This document shows, piece by piece, positions 1 to 6,210 of a stretch of 11,303 nt of DNA. The DNA comes from a metagenome. The stretch is from sequence record MDSV01094252.1. The stretch is one strand, 5' to 3'. The notes under the pieces are model-generated. The model saw nothing but the letters and a program-made list of their open reading frames with translations, was not told where the DNA came from and ran no database searches. How positions within the stretch are numbered: position 1 is the first letter of the stretch; every line of letters starts with the position of its first letter. The position numbers and the translations under genes are program-made.

Positions 1-339
1 AAACGCGAGGGCGATCTGCGAGACTGCACGTTCCAACCGGTGACGTGCGCCGCGACGTTGTCGTCGCCGATGGCTGTCGCGAAGACGCCGACGCCCGGTT
101 TGGAATCGTACCTCGCGCGACAGGAACGCGCTCGAAAGATACGCGAGGAGAGGGACGCTAAATTGAACCGTCCCGACGGATCGTCGTGGCGCCACGAGAC
201 GACGGTGCCTCAAGAATTTTCGTTCCAAACCACGTCGACTGCGCGCGCAAAGGGCGACGCGCCCGCGAAACAGTACGCGGACGCGCGAAGAGCGCTCAAA
301 AATCGCACGCGGCCACCGTCGAGCGAGAGCGCGGCGTGA
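1..339 (+). CDS. 3' end of a protein-coding gene that is truncated by the window start. Hypothetical protein with a weak TPX2/Xklp2-like TVPxEFxF motif.
   Basis: Frame 1 is open from base 1 to TGA at 337-339. The track start at 40 is a GTG, not an ATG. Codons are NCG/GC3-rich like the confidently identified genes here. The peptide ...RDCTFQP...HETTVPQEFSFQTTSTARA resembles short repeats of TPX2-type microtubule-binding proteins at motif level only. An AT-rich patch follows the stop, as after other stop codons in this window. Confidence 0.5.
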   Translation, partial: KREGDLRDCTFQPVTCAATLSSPMAVAKTPTPGLESYLARQERARKIREERDAKLNRPDGSSWRHETTVPQEFSFQTTSTARAKGDAPAKQYADARRALKNRTRPPSSESAA

Positions 340-382
340 GAAAATTAGCGTTCGATTATTAATTGTACATACAAGCACTGCG

Positions 383-1348
383 GTGCAGCACGACCTAAAT
401 AGTACATCCACCCACCCAATTTATCTATCCATCTACCCATGCCATCCAGCGCCGCTCGCGACGAATCCTCTCGTCGCGACCGCGGCGGCGACGACGGCCG
501 CCGCCGTCGCGACGAGTCGCGCGGCGCCGCCGCCGAGCGCGAGCCCAACGTCACCGAACAAAACCGCACGACCCAAACCACTCAACGCGAGCACGCGCAG
601 CGTCGTCGCCGCGACGCTCGCGACGGTAAAAATCGCGACGCGCGCTCCGCTCGTCGCGCCCGCCGCCGCGCACGTCGCCGCGTTCGGCCACGCCAGACTC
701 GCCGCGAGCGCCCCCCATCGCGTCGTCCAACGTCGCCGTGTCGATGCGTCTTCACCCTTCAAACGTCCGACGGCGAACCACGCGACGTCTTCGACGCACC
801 GACGCACCACGGCGACGCGCGCCGCCGCCGAGGACGAAGACGCGCGCGAGAGCGTCAGCGCCACGTTTTTATCGCTCGCGTTCATCGCCACCGCCACCAT
901 CGCCCACGCCTTCGATCCGCTCGCCAACGCGTACGGCGCGACGAACACGTCGCCCACGACGCCGACGATTTGCGTCGCCGCGACGAGGACGACGAGGAGC
1001 GTCCATCGCGTCTCCATCGCGCGCGTCAATCTTCACACGATGGCGACGACGCGCGCCACCGTTCGCGCGCTCCCTCGGACGAGAATCTACACGAACGCGA
1101 GGAACGCGACGAACGCGAGGCACGCGAGGACGTCCGCGCCGTCTCCTCGCGCGTCTTCACCGCCGCGCGCGTTCCCACAGGTGTGGCGCGTCCCGGACGG
1201 GTCCAACCCGCTCGAGGCGCTCTTCGCGAGCGATTCCCCGATCGACGGTCTCGGCGCGCTCACCGGGTACTGGTACGCCGACGTCTTCGCGGCGATGAAC
1301 GTCGCGCTGCTCCTCGCCCTGGCGCTGTACGCGTCGGACGGCGAGTGA
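383..1348 (+). CDS. Hypothetical Thr/Ala/Arg-rich protein with a C-terminal hydrophobic helix. Gene model unresolved; mutually exclusive with the minus-strand alternative at 433-1017.
   Basis: Frame 2 is stop-free from 167 to TGA at 1346-1348 with strong GC3/NCG bias. Base 383 is a GTG, and the only in-frame ATG is at 1040. The best-supported part is 1040-1348 (MATTRATV...VWRVPDGSNPLEALFASDSPIDGLGALTGYWYADVFAAMNVALLLALALYASDGE), because the wobble-sharing antisense frame is closed there. A CAG acceptor-like site (ttcccacag|gtg) sits at 1178-1180. I recognise no homology. Confidence 0.3.
   Translation: MQHDLNSTSTHPIYLSIYPCHPAPLATNPLVATAAATTAAAVATSRAAPPPSASPTSPNKTARPKPLNASTRSVVAATLATVKIATRAPLVAPAAAHVAAFGHARLAASAPHRVVQRRRVDASSPFKRPTANHATSSTHRRTTATRAAAEDEDARESVSATFLSLAFIATATIAHAFDPLANAYGATNTSPTTPTICVAATRTTRSVHRVSIARVNLHTMATTRATVRALPRTRIYTNARNATNARHARTSAPSPRASSPPRAFPQVWRVPDGSNPLEALFASDSPIDGLGALTGYWYADVFAAMNVALLLALALYASDGE
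433..1017 (-). CDS. Alternative hypothetical Ala/Val/Gly-rich membrane-like protein, antisense to the 383-1348 frame.
   Basis: There is a real ATG at 1015-1017 (the track start at 1029 is TTG), a stop TAG at 433-435 and an in-frame stop just upstream at 1033-1035. This frame shares the wobble position with plus frame 2, so GC3 cannot discriminate between them. In favour: its stop and the stop at 339 would flank an AT-rich patch, as at the two clear convergent gene pairs in this window. Against: it is shorter than the plus-strand open frame and shows no recognisable homology. Confidence 0.22.
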   Translation of the reverse strand: METRWTLLVVLVAATQIVGVVGDVFVAPYALASGSKAWAMVAVAMNASDKNVALTLSRASSSSAAARVAVVRRCVEDVAWFAVGRLKGEDASTRRRWTTRWGALAASLAWPNAATCAAAGATSGARVAIFTVASVAATTLRVLALSGLGRAVLFGDVGLALGGGAARLVATAAAVVAAAVATRGFVASGAGWHG

Positions 1349-1361
1349 GACGACGGAATTC

Positions 1362-1385
1362 GCGCGCGTCCCCGCGCGCGTCCCC
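1362..1385. repeat. Perfect tandem duplication of the 12-mer GCGCGCGTCCCC.
   Basis: Read directly: gcgcgcgtcccc at 1362-1373 and again at 1374-1385. Confidence 0.9.
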
Positions 1386-1386
1386 T

Positions 1387-1423
1387 CTAAACCCTCGTCG
1401 GATGAGGCTAAACCCTCGTCGGA
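1387..1423. repeat. Two perfect copies of the 16-mer CTAAACCCTCGTCGGA at 21-bp spacing. Each contains a telomere-repeat-like (telo-box-like) core CTAAACCCT.
   Basis: The copies are at 1387-1402 and 1408-1423, separated by tgagg. CTAAACCCT is a substring of the plant-type telomere repeat (CCCTAAA)n. The second copy ends 96 nt (positions 1424-1519) upstream of the tRNA gene. Confidence 0.85.
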
Positions 1424-1519
1424 CGCCCACAACCTTGACGATGTCAATGCCGATGCGTGGGCGGTGTAGATTTTACGAAGGGTTCATCGGGAGTAGACGT
1501 CATACAAAGACATACGCAC

Positions 1520-1632
1520 GGGGATGTGGTCTAGTGGTATGATTCTCCCTTCGGGTGATGTACCCGGCGCTGAAGTGCGCTCAATACGAAAGAATGTGGG
1601 AGAGGCCCCGAGTTCGATTCTCGGCATCCCCC
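1520..1632 (+). tRNA. tRNA-Pro-CGG: Nuclear tRNA-Pro, anticodon CGG, interrupted by a 41-nt intron at the canonical 37/38 position.
   Basis: The acceptor stem GGGGATG (1520-1526) pairs with CATCCCC (1625-1631), and the discriminator is C1632. The D arm GTCT-AGTGGTAT-GATT includes an A-box-like TGGTCTAGTGG. The anticodon stem is CTCCC (1545-1549) / GGGAG (1598-1602), with loop TT-CGG-GT and anticodon at 1552-1554. The variable loop is AGGCC. The T arm is CCGAG-TTCGATT-CTCGG (1608-1624) and serves as the B box. Exon sequence is nearly identical to the conserved eukaryotic tRNA-Pro consensus as I recall it. Confidence 0.9.
1556..1596 (+). other. tRNA intron of 41 nt. The boundary is ambiguous by 1 nt because a T flanks both ends.
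   Basis: The 3' half of the anticodon stem (GGGAG) is displaced 41 nt from the anticodon loop. The intron contains ACCCG (1562-1566), complementary to CGGGT (1552-1556) of the anticodon loop. It also has an internal GCGC-tgaagt-GCGC hairpin (1567-1580). Confidence 0.8.
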
Positions 1633-1662
1633 GTTATGTAAGGGCTATGAAGCCTATCAATC

Positions 1663-1670
1663 TTTTTTTT
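1663..1670 (+). terminator. Probable RNA polymerase III terminator (T8 run).
   Basis: A run of eight T residues begins 31 nt downstream of the tRNA 3' end. It is the first oligo-T after the gene. Confidence 0.6.
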
Positions 1671-1779
1671 ATCTGCGTCGTGACCCATCGACGCGCTGCG
1701 CGCCGACGGATGAGACGTCACGTGGCGTCGCGCGTCGTGCTGTGCTATAATAATGCTATTACAACGATGCGTTGAATAC

Positions 1780-4110
1780 TCACGAATCGAGCGTCGCGGT
1801 CTCGGCCGCGGCGGCTTTTCTCTTGGCTCTCTTTTTGGCGTTTTTCTTGGCGTTTTTGCCGACGGCGCGTCGCGGTTCGAGCGGTTTTTCGTCGTCGTCG
1901 TCGTCGCCGTGCGATTTCTTCGCTCTCTTGCTCGAAGAGGACTTGCTCTTCTTCTTTCCGAACGCGGCGTCCGCGTACGATTTGGCGCGTGCCTCCGCGT
2001 CGTCGTCTTCGTCTTCGTCGTCGCCTACGTCGTCGTCGGCGTCCCTCTTTTTCTTCGTGCCCTTACGATTACCCTTTGTCTTCTTCTTATCGCTAGACTT
2101 GGCGTAGAATTCTTTCGCCATGCGACGCGCGCGCGCGCGTTGGTTCGCGCTCACCGCCGCGTCGTCAGCGTCTTCTCTGTACGGCGCGAGTTTCTTCAAA
2201 CCGACGATTTGGTTCAACGACTTATCGTCCATCTGGAGAATATCGCGCGTCGTCAGACCGAACATTTTCGGCGCCAACTCGGTGTACGCGAAACGAGTCG
2301 GGACGTCGCCGATGAAATCTTCAGCGTCCAACTTGTAGTACTCGTCCATCTTGGCCTCGAGTTGTTTTCGCCATTTTTTCGCCGCGCGTTTACTAAACTT
2401 GTTCTCCTCTACGTCGTTTTCGTTGTTGTCGTCGATGTCATCGTCATCGTCGTCATCGTCGTCGTCGTCGGCACCAAGTTCCTCCTCCTCCTCCTCGCCC
2501 TCCTCCTCGTCCGCTCCCTCCGCCGCTAACATTTCCTTCACTTCGTCCTCCAAGTCGCCGAATTCGGGCTTGGCGCCGAGCTCGCCGTCGTCTTCGTAAT
2601 ACTCCTCGCCGTACATCTCTCGCATGGCTCTGTCGTGCGCCTCGGGATCAAACTCCTCGGTGAGGTTGGTCACTTTGAGAGACGACGCCGAGGCTTTGCT
2701 CGACAGACCGCCGACGGCGGAGATTTGACGCATCTTATTATCGATCTCTTCGCGCTTGAGATTCTTCAATCGACGAATCTCGGCCAAGAGTTTCGCGCGC
2801 TCGGATTCCTTGCGCTCGCGAACTTGTTTACGCTTATCGCGTCTCTTCGTGTCCTCGCGACGAACTAAACCCTCGATGTGACGCGAGTGCGACACCAACT
2901 TATCCGCGCCGGGCTCTTCGAACCGAAAGTTGTAGTTGTGTTCAAACGCCTCGGTGCGCTCGAGGAGCTCGGAATCGCTCGATTCGTCGTCGCCGTCCGA
3001 CCCCTTCGCATCGTCGTCCGAACCGCTCTCGTCGTCGTCATCGTTCCCACCGAGCGTTTTCATGCGCGCGGCGACGCTCTTTGTATCGTCCTTCATCCAC
3101 TGTTTCTCCAAGACGTACTGACGAAGGAATTTATCCTCGGCGGATAACTTTTCCTCGTCTCCGAAGAATTCCGATAATTTCTCCGTCGCCGCCGACGCGT
3201 CTTCGGCGCGAGATTTCACCACCAATCCACCGTCATCGTCTGACTCGTCGCTCTCGCTCTCGCTCCCACTCTCGCCTCCATCGTTCCCGAACGCGGCGTC
3301 CTTGAACGCGCGTTTGAGCGCCGCCTGTTCCTCCACGTACGACGGCGCGTCGTCCCTCGTCTTCATCGCCTCCGCCTCCGCCTCGGCGTCCTCCAACGCC
3401 GTCGCGCCTCCCTCCAACAATTGACGCGCCGTCACCTCACGAAGCGTCGCCTTCTTCTTCTTCTCCTTCTTCGTCTTCTCCTCCCCCTCCTCCTCCTCCT
3501 CCTCCTCCGTCTCGTCGTCGAAGAGCTTCGTCTCCTCGTCGTACAGACTCGGATCCCGACTTCGAATCTTCGTCAGCGCCTCCGCGAACGCCCCATCGAA
3601 CGCGCGCTCCAGCGTTTCCTCTTCATCGCTCTCCGTCTCGCTCGAATCGCTCGCCCCCTCCCCCTCCGATCCGCTCCCGGACGTCCCGTCCCGAGGCGCG
3701 AGCGCGCGCGTCGCGTACTCGCGTTCGAGCTTGGCTTGCAATCGATGCATCTCCTTCCGTCGCTCGTTGTGTTCGAACCGTTTCGCGAACGCGCGATTGA
3801 TGGTGAGTCCATCGTCGTCGTCCTCGCTCTTCCTCTCGTCGCGTTCGTCGCGCTCGTCGCGCTCGTCGGAATCCGAGTCGTCGTCGAAGAGCGCGCCGCC
3901 GCCGGTGCGTCGAGCGCGCGCGTCCTCGTCCTCGTCGTCCTCGCTCGACGACGAGGACGAGGACGAAGACGCGGGCGAGGACGAGGACGACGCACGCGCG
4001 AGGTTCGCGCGCGTCATCGCGCGCTCGCGCGTCGACGCGCTCGGCAAAGGCGCGACGACGACGACGCGCGATGATGGGCGCCCCCGAGTCCCCCATGGAT
4101 CACGGGTCAT
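1780..4110 (-). CDS. KRI1: KRI1-like nucleolar ribosome-biogenesis protein (776 aa from ATG 4110; alternative ATG at 4017).
   Basis: A single uninterrupted ORF. It carries Kri1 family signatures FEHNYNFRFEEPGADKLVSHSRHIEGLVRREDTKRRDKRKQVRERK and the C-terminal FAYTELAPKMFGLTTRDILQMDDKSLNQIVGLKKLAPYRED. The protein has the long acidic and Ser-rich tracts and basic tail typical of the family. The stop TGA is at 1780-1782 on the minus strand. Confidence 0.88.
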   Translation of the reverse strand: MTRDPWGTRGRPSSRVVVVAPLPSASTRERAMTRANLARASSSSSPASSSSSSSSSEDDEDEDARARRTGGGALFDDDSDSDERDERDERDERKSEDDDDGLTINRAFAKRFEHNERRKEMHRLQAKLEREYATRALAPRDGTSGSGSEGEGASDSSETESDEEETLERAFDGAFAEALTKIRSRDPSLYDEETKLFDDETEEEEEEEGEEKTKKEKKKKATLREVTARQLLEGGATALEDAEAEAEAMKTRDDAPSYVEEQAALKRAFKDAAFGNDGGESGSESESDESDDDGGLVVKSRAEDASAATEKLSEFFGDEEKLSAEDKFLRQYVLEKQWMKDDTKSVAARMKTLGGNDDDDESGSDDDAKGSDGDDESSDSELLERTEAFEHNYNFRFEEPGADKLVSHSRHIEGLVRREDTKRRDKRKQVRERKESERAKLLAEIRRLKNLKREEIDNKMRQISAVGGLSSKASASSLKVTNLTEEFDPEAHDRAMREMYGEEYYEDDGELGAKPEFGDLEDEVKEMLAAEGADEEEGEEEEEELGADDDDDDDDDDDIDDNNENDVEENKFSKRAAKKWRKQLEAKMDEYYKLDAEDFIGDVPTRFAYTELAPKMFGLTTRDILQMDDKSLNQIVGLKKLAPYREDADDAAVSANQRARARRMAKEFYAKSSDKKKTKGNRKGTKKKRDADDDVGDDEDEDDDAEARAKSYADAAFGKKKSKSSSSKRAKKSHGDDDDDEKPLEPRRAVGKNAKKNAKKRAKRKAAAAETATLDS

Positions 4111-4115
4111 GACTC
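4103..4115 (-). repeat. Copy 1 of the 13-bp element GAGTCATGACCCG (read on the minus strand, pointing toward KRI1). Overlaps the KRI1 ORF ATG at 4108-4110.
   Basis: The plus strand reads cgggtcatgactc, the exact reverse complement of the copy at 4302-4314. It also contains TGACTCA (4110-4116). Confidence 0.85.
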
Positions 4116-4122
4116 AACGGAC

Positions 4123-4135
4123 GAGTCACGACCCG
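4123..4135 (+). repeat. Copy 2 of the element, with one mismatch: GAGTCACGACCCG.
   Basis: Read directly; 12 of 13 bases are identical to the copy at 4302-4314. Confidence 0.8.
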
Positions 4136-4301
4136 AGCATATGGGCACGTCGACGTCCCGACGTCACGCGCGGTCCCATCGAGACTCGGACGTTTCGTAC
4201 GTATCCTGTGTGAAAATACACCGTGTGAAGGGGTACGTACGTTCGGGAACCTCATCCATCCACCAGGTGGCGTCGTCGATGGGTGCGGAGGGACTCGTGA
4301 C

Positions 4302-4314
4302 GAGTCATGACCCG
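4302..4314 (+). repeat. Copy 3 of the element, GAGTCATGACCCG, pointing toward squalene epoxidase. It abuts a 7+1+7 palindrome GACTCGT-g-ACGAGTC at 4292-4306.
   Basis: Read directly. The copy ends 47 nt (positions 4315-4361) upstream of the SQE ATG at 4362. Its internal ATG (4307) opens an out-of-frame 41-codon uORF that ends at 4432. Confidence 0.85.
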
Positions 4315-4361
4315 TCGTGGTCGTCACCCACGATGCGCCCGGACGCATCCGCGACCGACCG

Positions 4362-6143
4362 ATGACGCGCGCGTCTCGTCGTCGTCGCGTCGCCAGTCTC
4401 GCGCGCGCGTCCACCGGTGCGTCGAGCGTTGAGACGAGCGTCGCGTCGACCGTCGACGCGTCGAGCGTCGACCCGTCGAGCGTCGAGCGTCGTCGCGAAT
4501 TCGCGCGAATCATCGGCGCGTCATCCGCCCGTTCGTCCGGTCGAGGAACGCGCGGTCGAGCGTCGCGCGAGGGCGTCATGGGAAGCTCTCGCGGGGTGAT
4601 CGGTTCGCGTTCGAAACGCGCGAGCGAGGATGCGAGCGCGGGGCCGGCGAGAGAGGCGAGGGGGGACGACGCGGGCGCGTGGGACGTCGTCGTCGTCGGC
4701 GCGGGCGTGGCGGGGGCGAGTCTGGCGCACTCGTTCGGGAAGCAAGGTCGGCGCGTGTTGTGCGTGGAGCGAGATTTGAGCGAACCGGATCGAATCGTGG
4801 GGGAGTTGTTACAGCCCGGTGGGTACTTAAAGCTGAAAGAGCTCGGATTGGAGTCGTGCGTCGAGGGCATCGACGCGCAAAAGGTGTACGGGTACACGAT
4901 GTTTAAGAACGGCGAGGTGGCGACGATGATGTACCCGCTCGAGGGACGCTCGGAAGACGTCGCGGGACGGAGTTTTCATAACGGGCGATTCGTGCAAAAG
5001 CTTCGAGAGGCGGCGCGCGCGGTCGAGGGCGTGGAGCTTCGTCAAGGGACGGTGAAGAAGCTGCTCAACGCGCGAGGCGAGGAGTGGACCGAGGGCGAGA
5101 CGGTGGCGGGAGTGTCGTACACCACCGGGGAAACCTGGGACGCCAAGGCGCAAAAGGTGATTCCCGGGTCGAGCGTCACCAAGACGGTGTTCGCACCGCT
5201 CACGGTGGTGTGCGATGGCCATTTTAGCAGTTTGCGCTCCAAGTTGAGTCCGCAGTCGTCGCCGAATCACCCGAGCCACTTCGTCGGGGTGATTTTGAAG
5301 GGGGCGCCGAGCGACTTGTTGCCGAACAGTAGCCACGGTCACGTCGTGCTCGGTGACCCGTCGCCGGTGCTGTTTTATCCAATCTCATCCAACGAAGTGC
5401 GATGCTTGGTGGATATTCCCGCGTCGGTGAAGATGCCGAGCGTGGCCAAGGGGGAGATGGCCAAGTACGTGTTGGAGAAGATTGTGCCGCAGGTTCCGGA
5501 GCAGCTTCGACCGCACCTCGTGTTCGCGGTGGAGCAAGGAAACTTTAGATCGATGCCGAACAAGACGATGGCGGCGAAGCCTACGCGAACTCCAGGAGCC
5601 GTGCTCTTGGGCGACGCGTTCAACATGCGACACCCGCTCACGGGCGGCGGCATGACGGTGGCGCTCAACGACATCTCCACCTTTAAGTCGATGCTCTCGC
5701 CGTTACCGAAATTTTCGGACCCCGTGGAGACCGGGGCGAAGCTCGACGAGTTTTACCGCCACCGCACGCGACCGGCGTTGACGATAAATACGCTCGCCAA
5801 CGCGCTGTACGCCGTCTTTTGCTCGAGCAGCGACTCGAGCATGGAAGAAATGCGCCAGGCGTGTTTCGAGTACCTCAAGCTCGGTGGAAGTTACGCGCGC
5901 GGTCCGATTGCGCTCTTGGGCGGTCTCGATCCGAATCCACTCAACCTGGTGAATCACTTTTTTAGCGTCGCACTCTTCGGCATCGGACGTCTCATGGTGC
6001 CGCTTCCGACGCCCGAGCGTCTGCTCCAGAGCGGTAACATTTTAGCCGGGGCGTGCAAGATCATCTTCCCCATCGTCAAGGGCGAGGGGTTCGCGCGCAT
6101 GTTCTTTCCAGCGTGGCTTCGAACGCGTCTAGGAATCATTTAG
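4362..6143 (+). CDS. SQE: Squalene epoxidase (squalene monooxygenase), FAD-dependent. Start uncertain: ATG 4362 is preferred and ATG 4578 is the alternative. The track start at 4317 is a GTG.
   Basis: Gap-free collinear similarity to plant SQE/ERG1/SQLE. Matching blocks include the FAD fingerprint WDVVVVGAGVAGASLAH and RRVLCVERDLSEPDRIVGELLQPGGYLKLKELGL. Further blocks are AGRSFHNGRFVQKLRE, VVCDGHFSSLR, GHVVLGDPSPVLFYPISSNEVRCLVD, LLGDAFNMRHPLTGGGMTVAL, CFEYLKLGG and FPIVKGEG. The stop TAG is at 6141-6143. Confidence 0.95.
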   Translation: MTRASRRRRVASLARASTGASSVETSVASTVDASSVDPSSVERRREFARIIGASSARSSGRGTRGRASREGVMGSSRGVIGSRSKRASEDASAGPAREARGDDAGAWDVVVVGAGVAGASLAHSFGKQGRRVLCVERDLSEPDRIVGELLQPGGYLKLKELGLESCVEGIDAQKVYGYTMFKNGEVATMMYPLEGRSEDVAGRSFHNGRFVQKLREAARAVEGVELRQGTVKKLLNARGEEWTEGETVAGVSYTTGETWDAKAQKVIPGSSVTKTVFAPLTVVCDGHFSSLRSKLSPQSSPNHPSHFVGVILKGAPSDLLPNSSHGHVVLGDPSPVLFYPISSNEVRCLVDIPASVKMPSVAKGEMAKYVLEKIVPQVPEQLRPHLVFAVEQGNFRSMPNKTMAAKPTRTPGAVLLGDAFNMRHPLTGGGMTVALNDISTFKSMLSPLPKFSDPVETGAKLDEFYRHRTRPALTINTLANALYAVFCSSSDSSMEEMRQACFEYLKLGGSYARGPIALLGGLDPNPLNLVNHFFSVALFGIGRLMVPLPTPERLLQSGNILAGACKIIFPIVKGEGFARMFFPAWLRTRLGII

Positions 6144-6210
6144 CGTCGGCGCGAACCGGTTGGCGACTCCGCATCACAATTCACGTACTATTATTATATT
6201 ACACTCGCCC

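Larger units (their letters stand above)
4111..4361. promoter_or_regulatory. Bidirectional promoter / 5' UTR region shared by the divergent KRI1-like and squalene epoxidase genes.
   Basis: This is the only non-coding interval between two divergently oriented, confidently identified genes. It contains the repeated GAGTCAYGACCCG element and dense GAGTC/GACTC pentamers. Confidence 0.6.

Noticed and set aside
439-1542. 367-aa ORF starting at a genuine ATG just after the AT-rich patch.
   Set aside because: The product is roughly one-third Arg (RRRRDESRG, RRARRRARRR, RHRHHRPR). That is the typical out-of-frame reading of CG-rich sequence. It also runs into the tRNA-Pro gene at 1520-1542. It is kept only as a remote possibility in the finding on 340-1519.
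1524-1775. 83-aa ORF on the plus strand.
   Set aside because: It reads straight through the tRNA-Pro gene, its intron and the T8 terminator. It has no coding-like composition.
1753-4213. Plus-strand ORFs (1753-2529, 1772-2107, 2120-2338, 2351-2599, 2635-2868, 2878-3147, 3421-4074, 3731-4213) and minus-strand off-frame ORFs (3573-3995, 3623-4096) inside the KRI1 gene.
   Set aside because: They are low-complexity shadows (poly-V/L/S/R) of the acidic and Ser triplet tracts of KRI1. KRI1 itself is an uninterrupted 776-aa ORF with family signatures.
4100-4897. 265-aa minus-strand ORF spanning the KRI1/SQE spacer and the SQE 5' region.
   Set aside because: It is antisense to the conserved SQE FAD-binding region and would overlap the KRI1 start. 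The product is Pro/Ser/Thr/Arg-rich low complexity with no recognisable homology.
4827-5957. Antisense ORFs within squalene epoxidase (4827-5342, 5042-5242, 5375-5680, 5385-5633, 5703-5957).
   Set aside because: They lie opposite a gap-free, highly conserved SQE reading frame. Such shadow ORFs are expected in GC3-rich genes.
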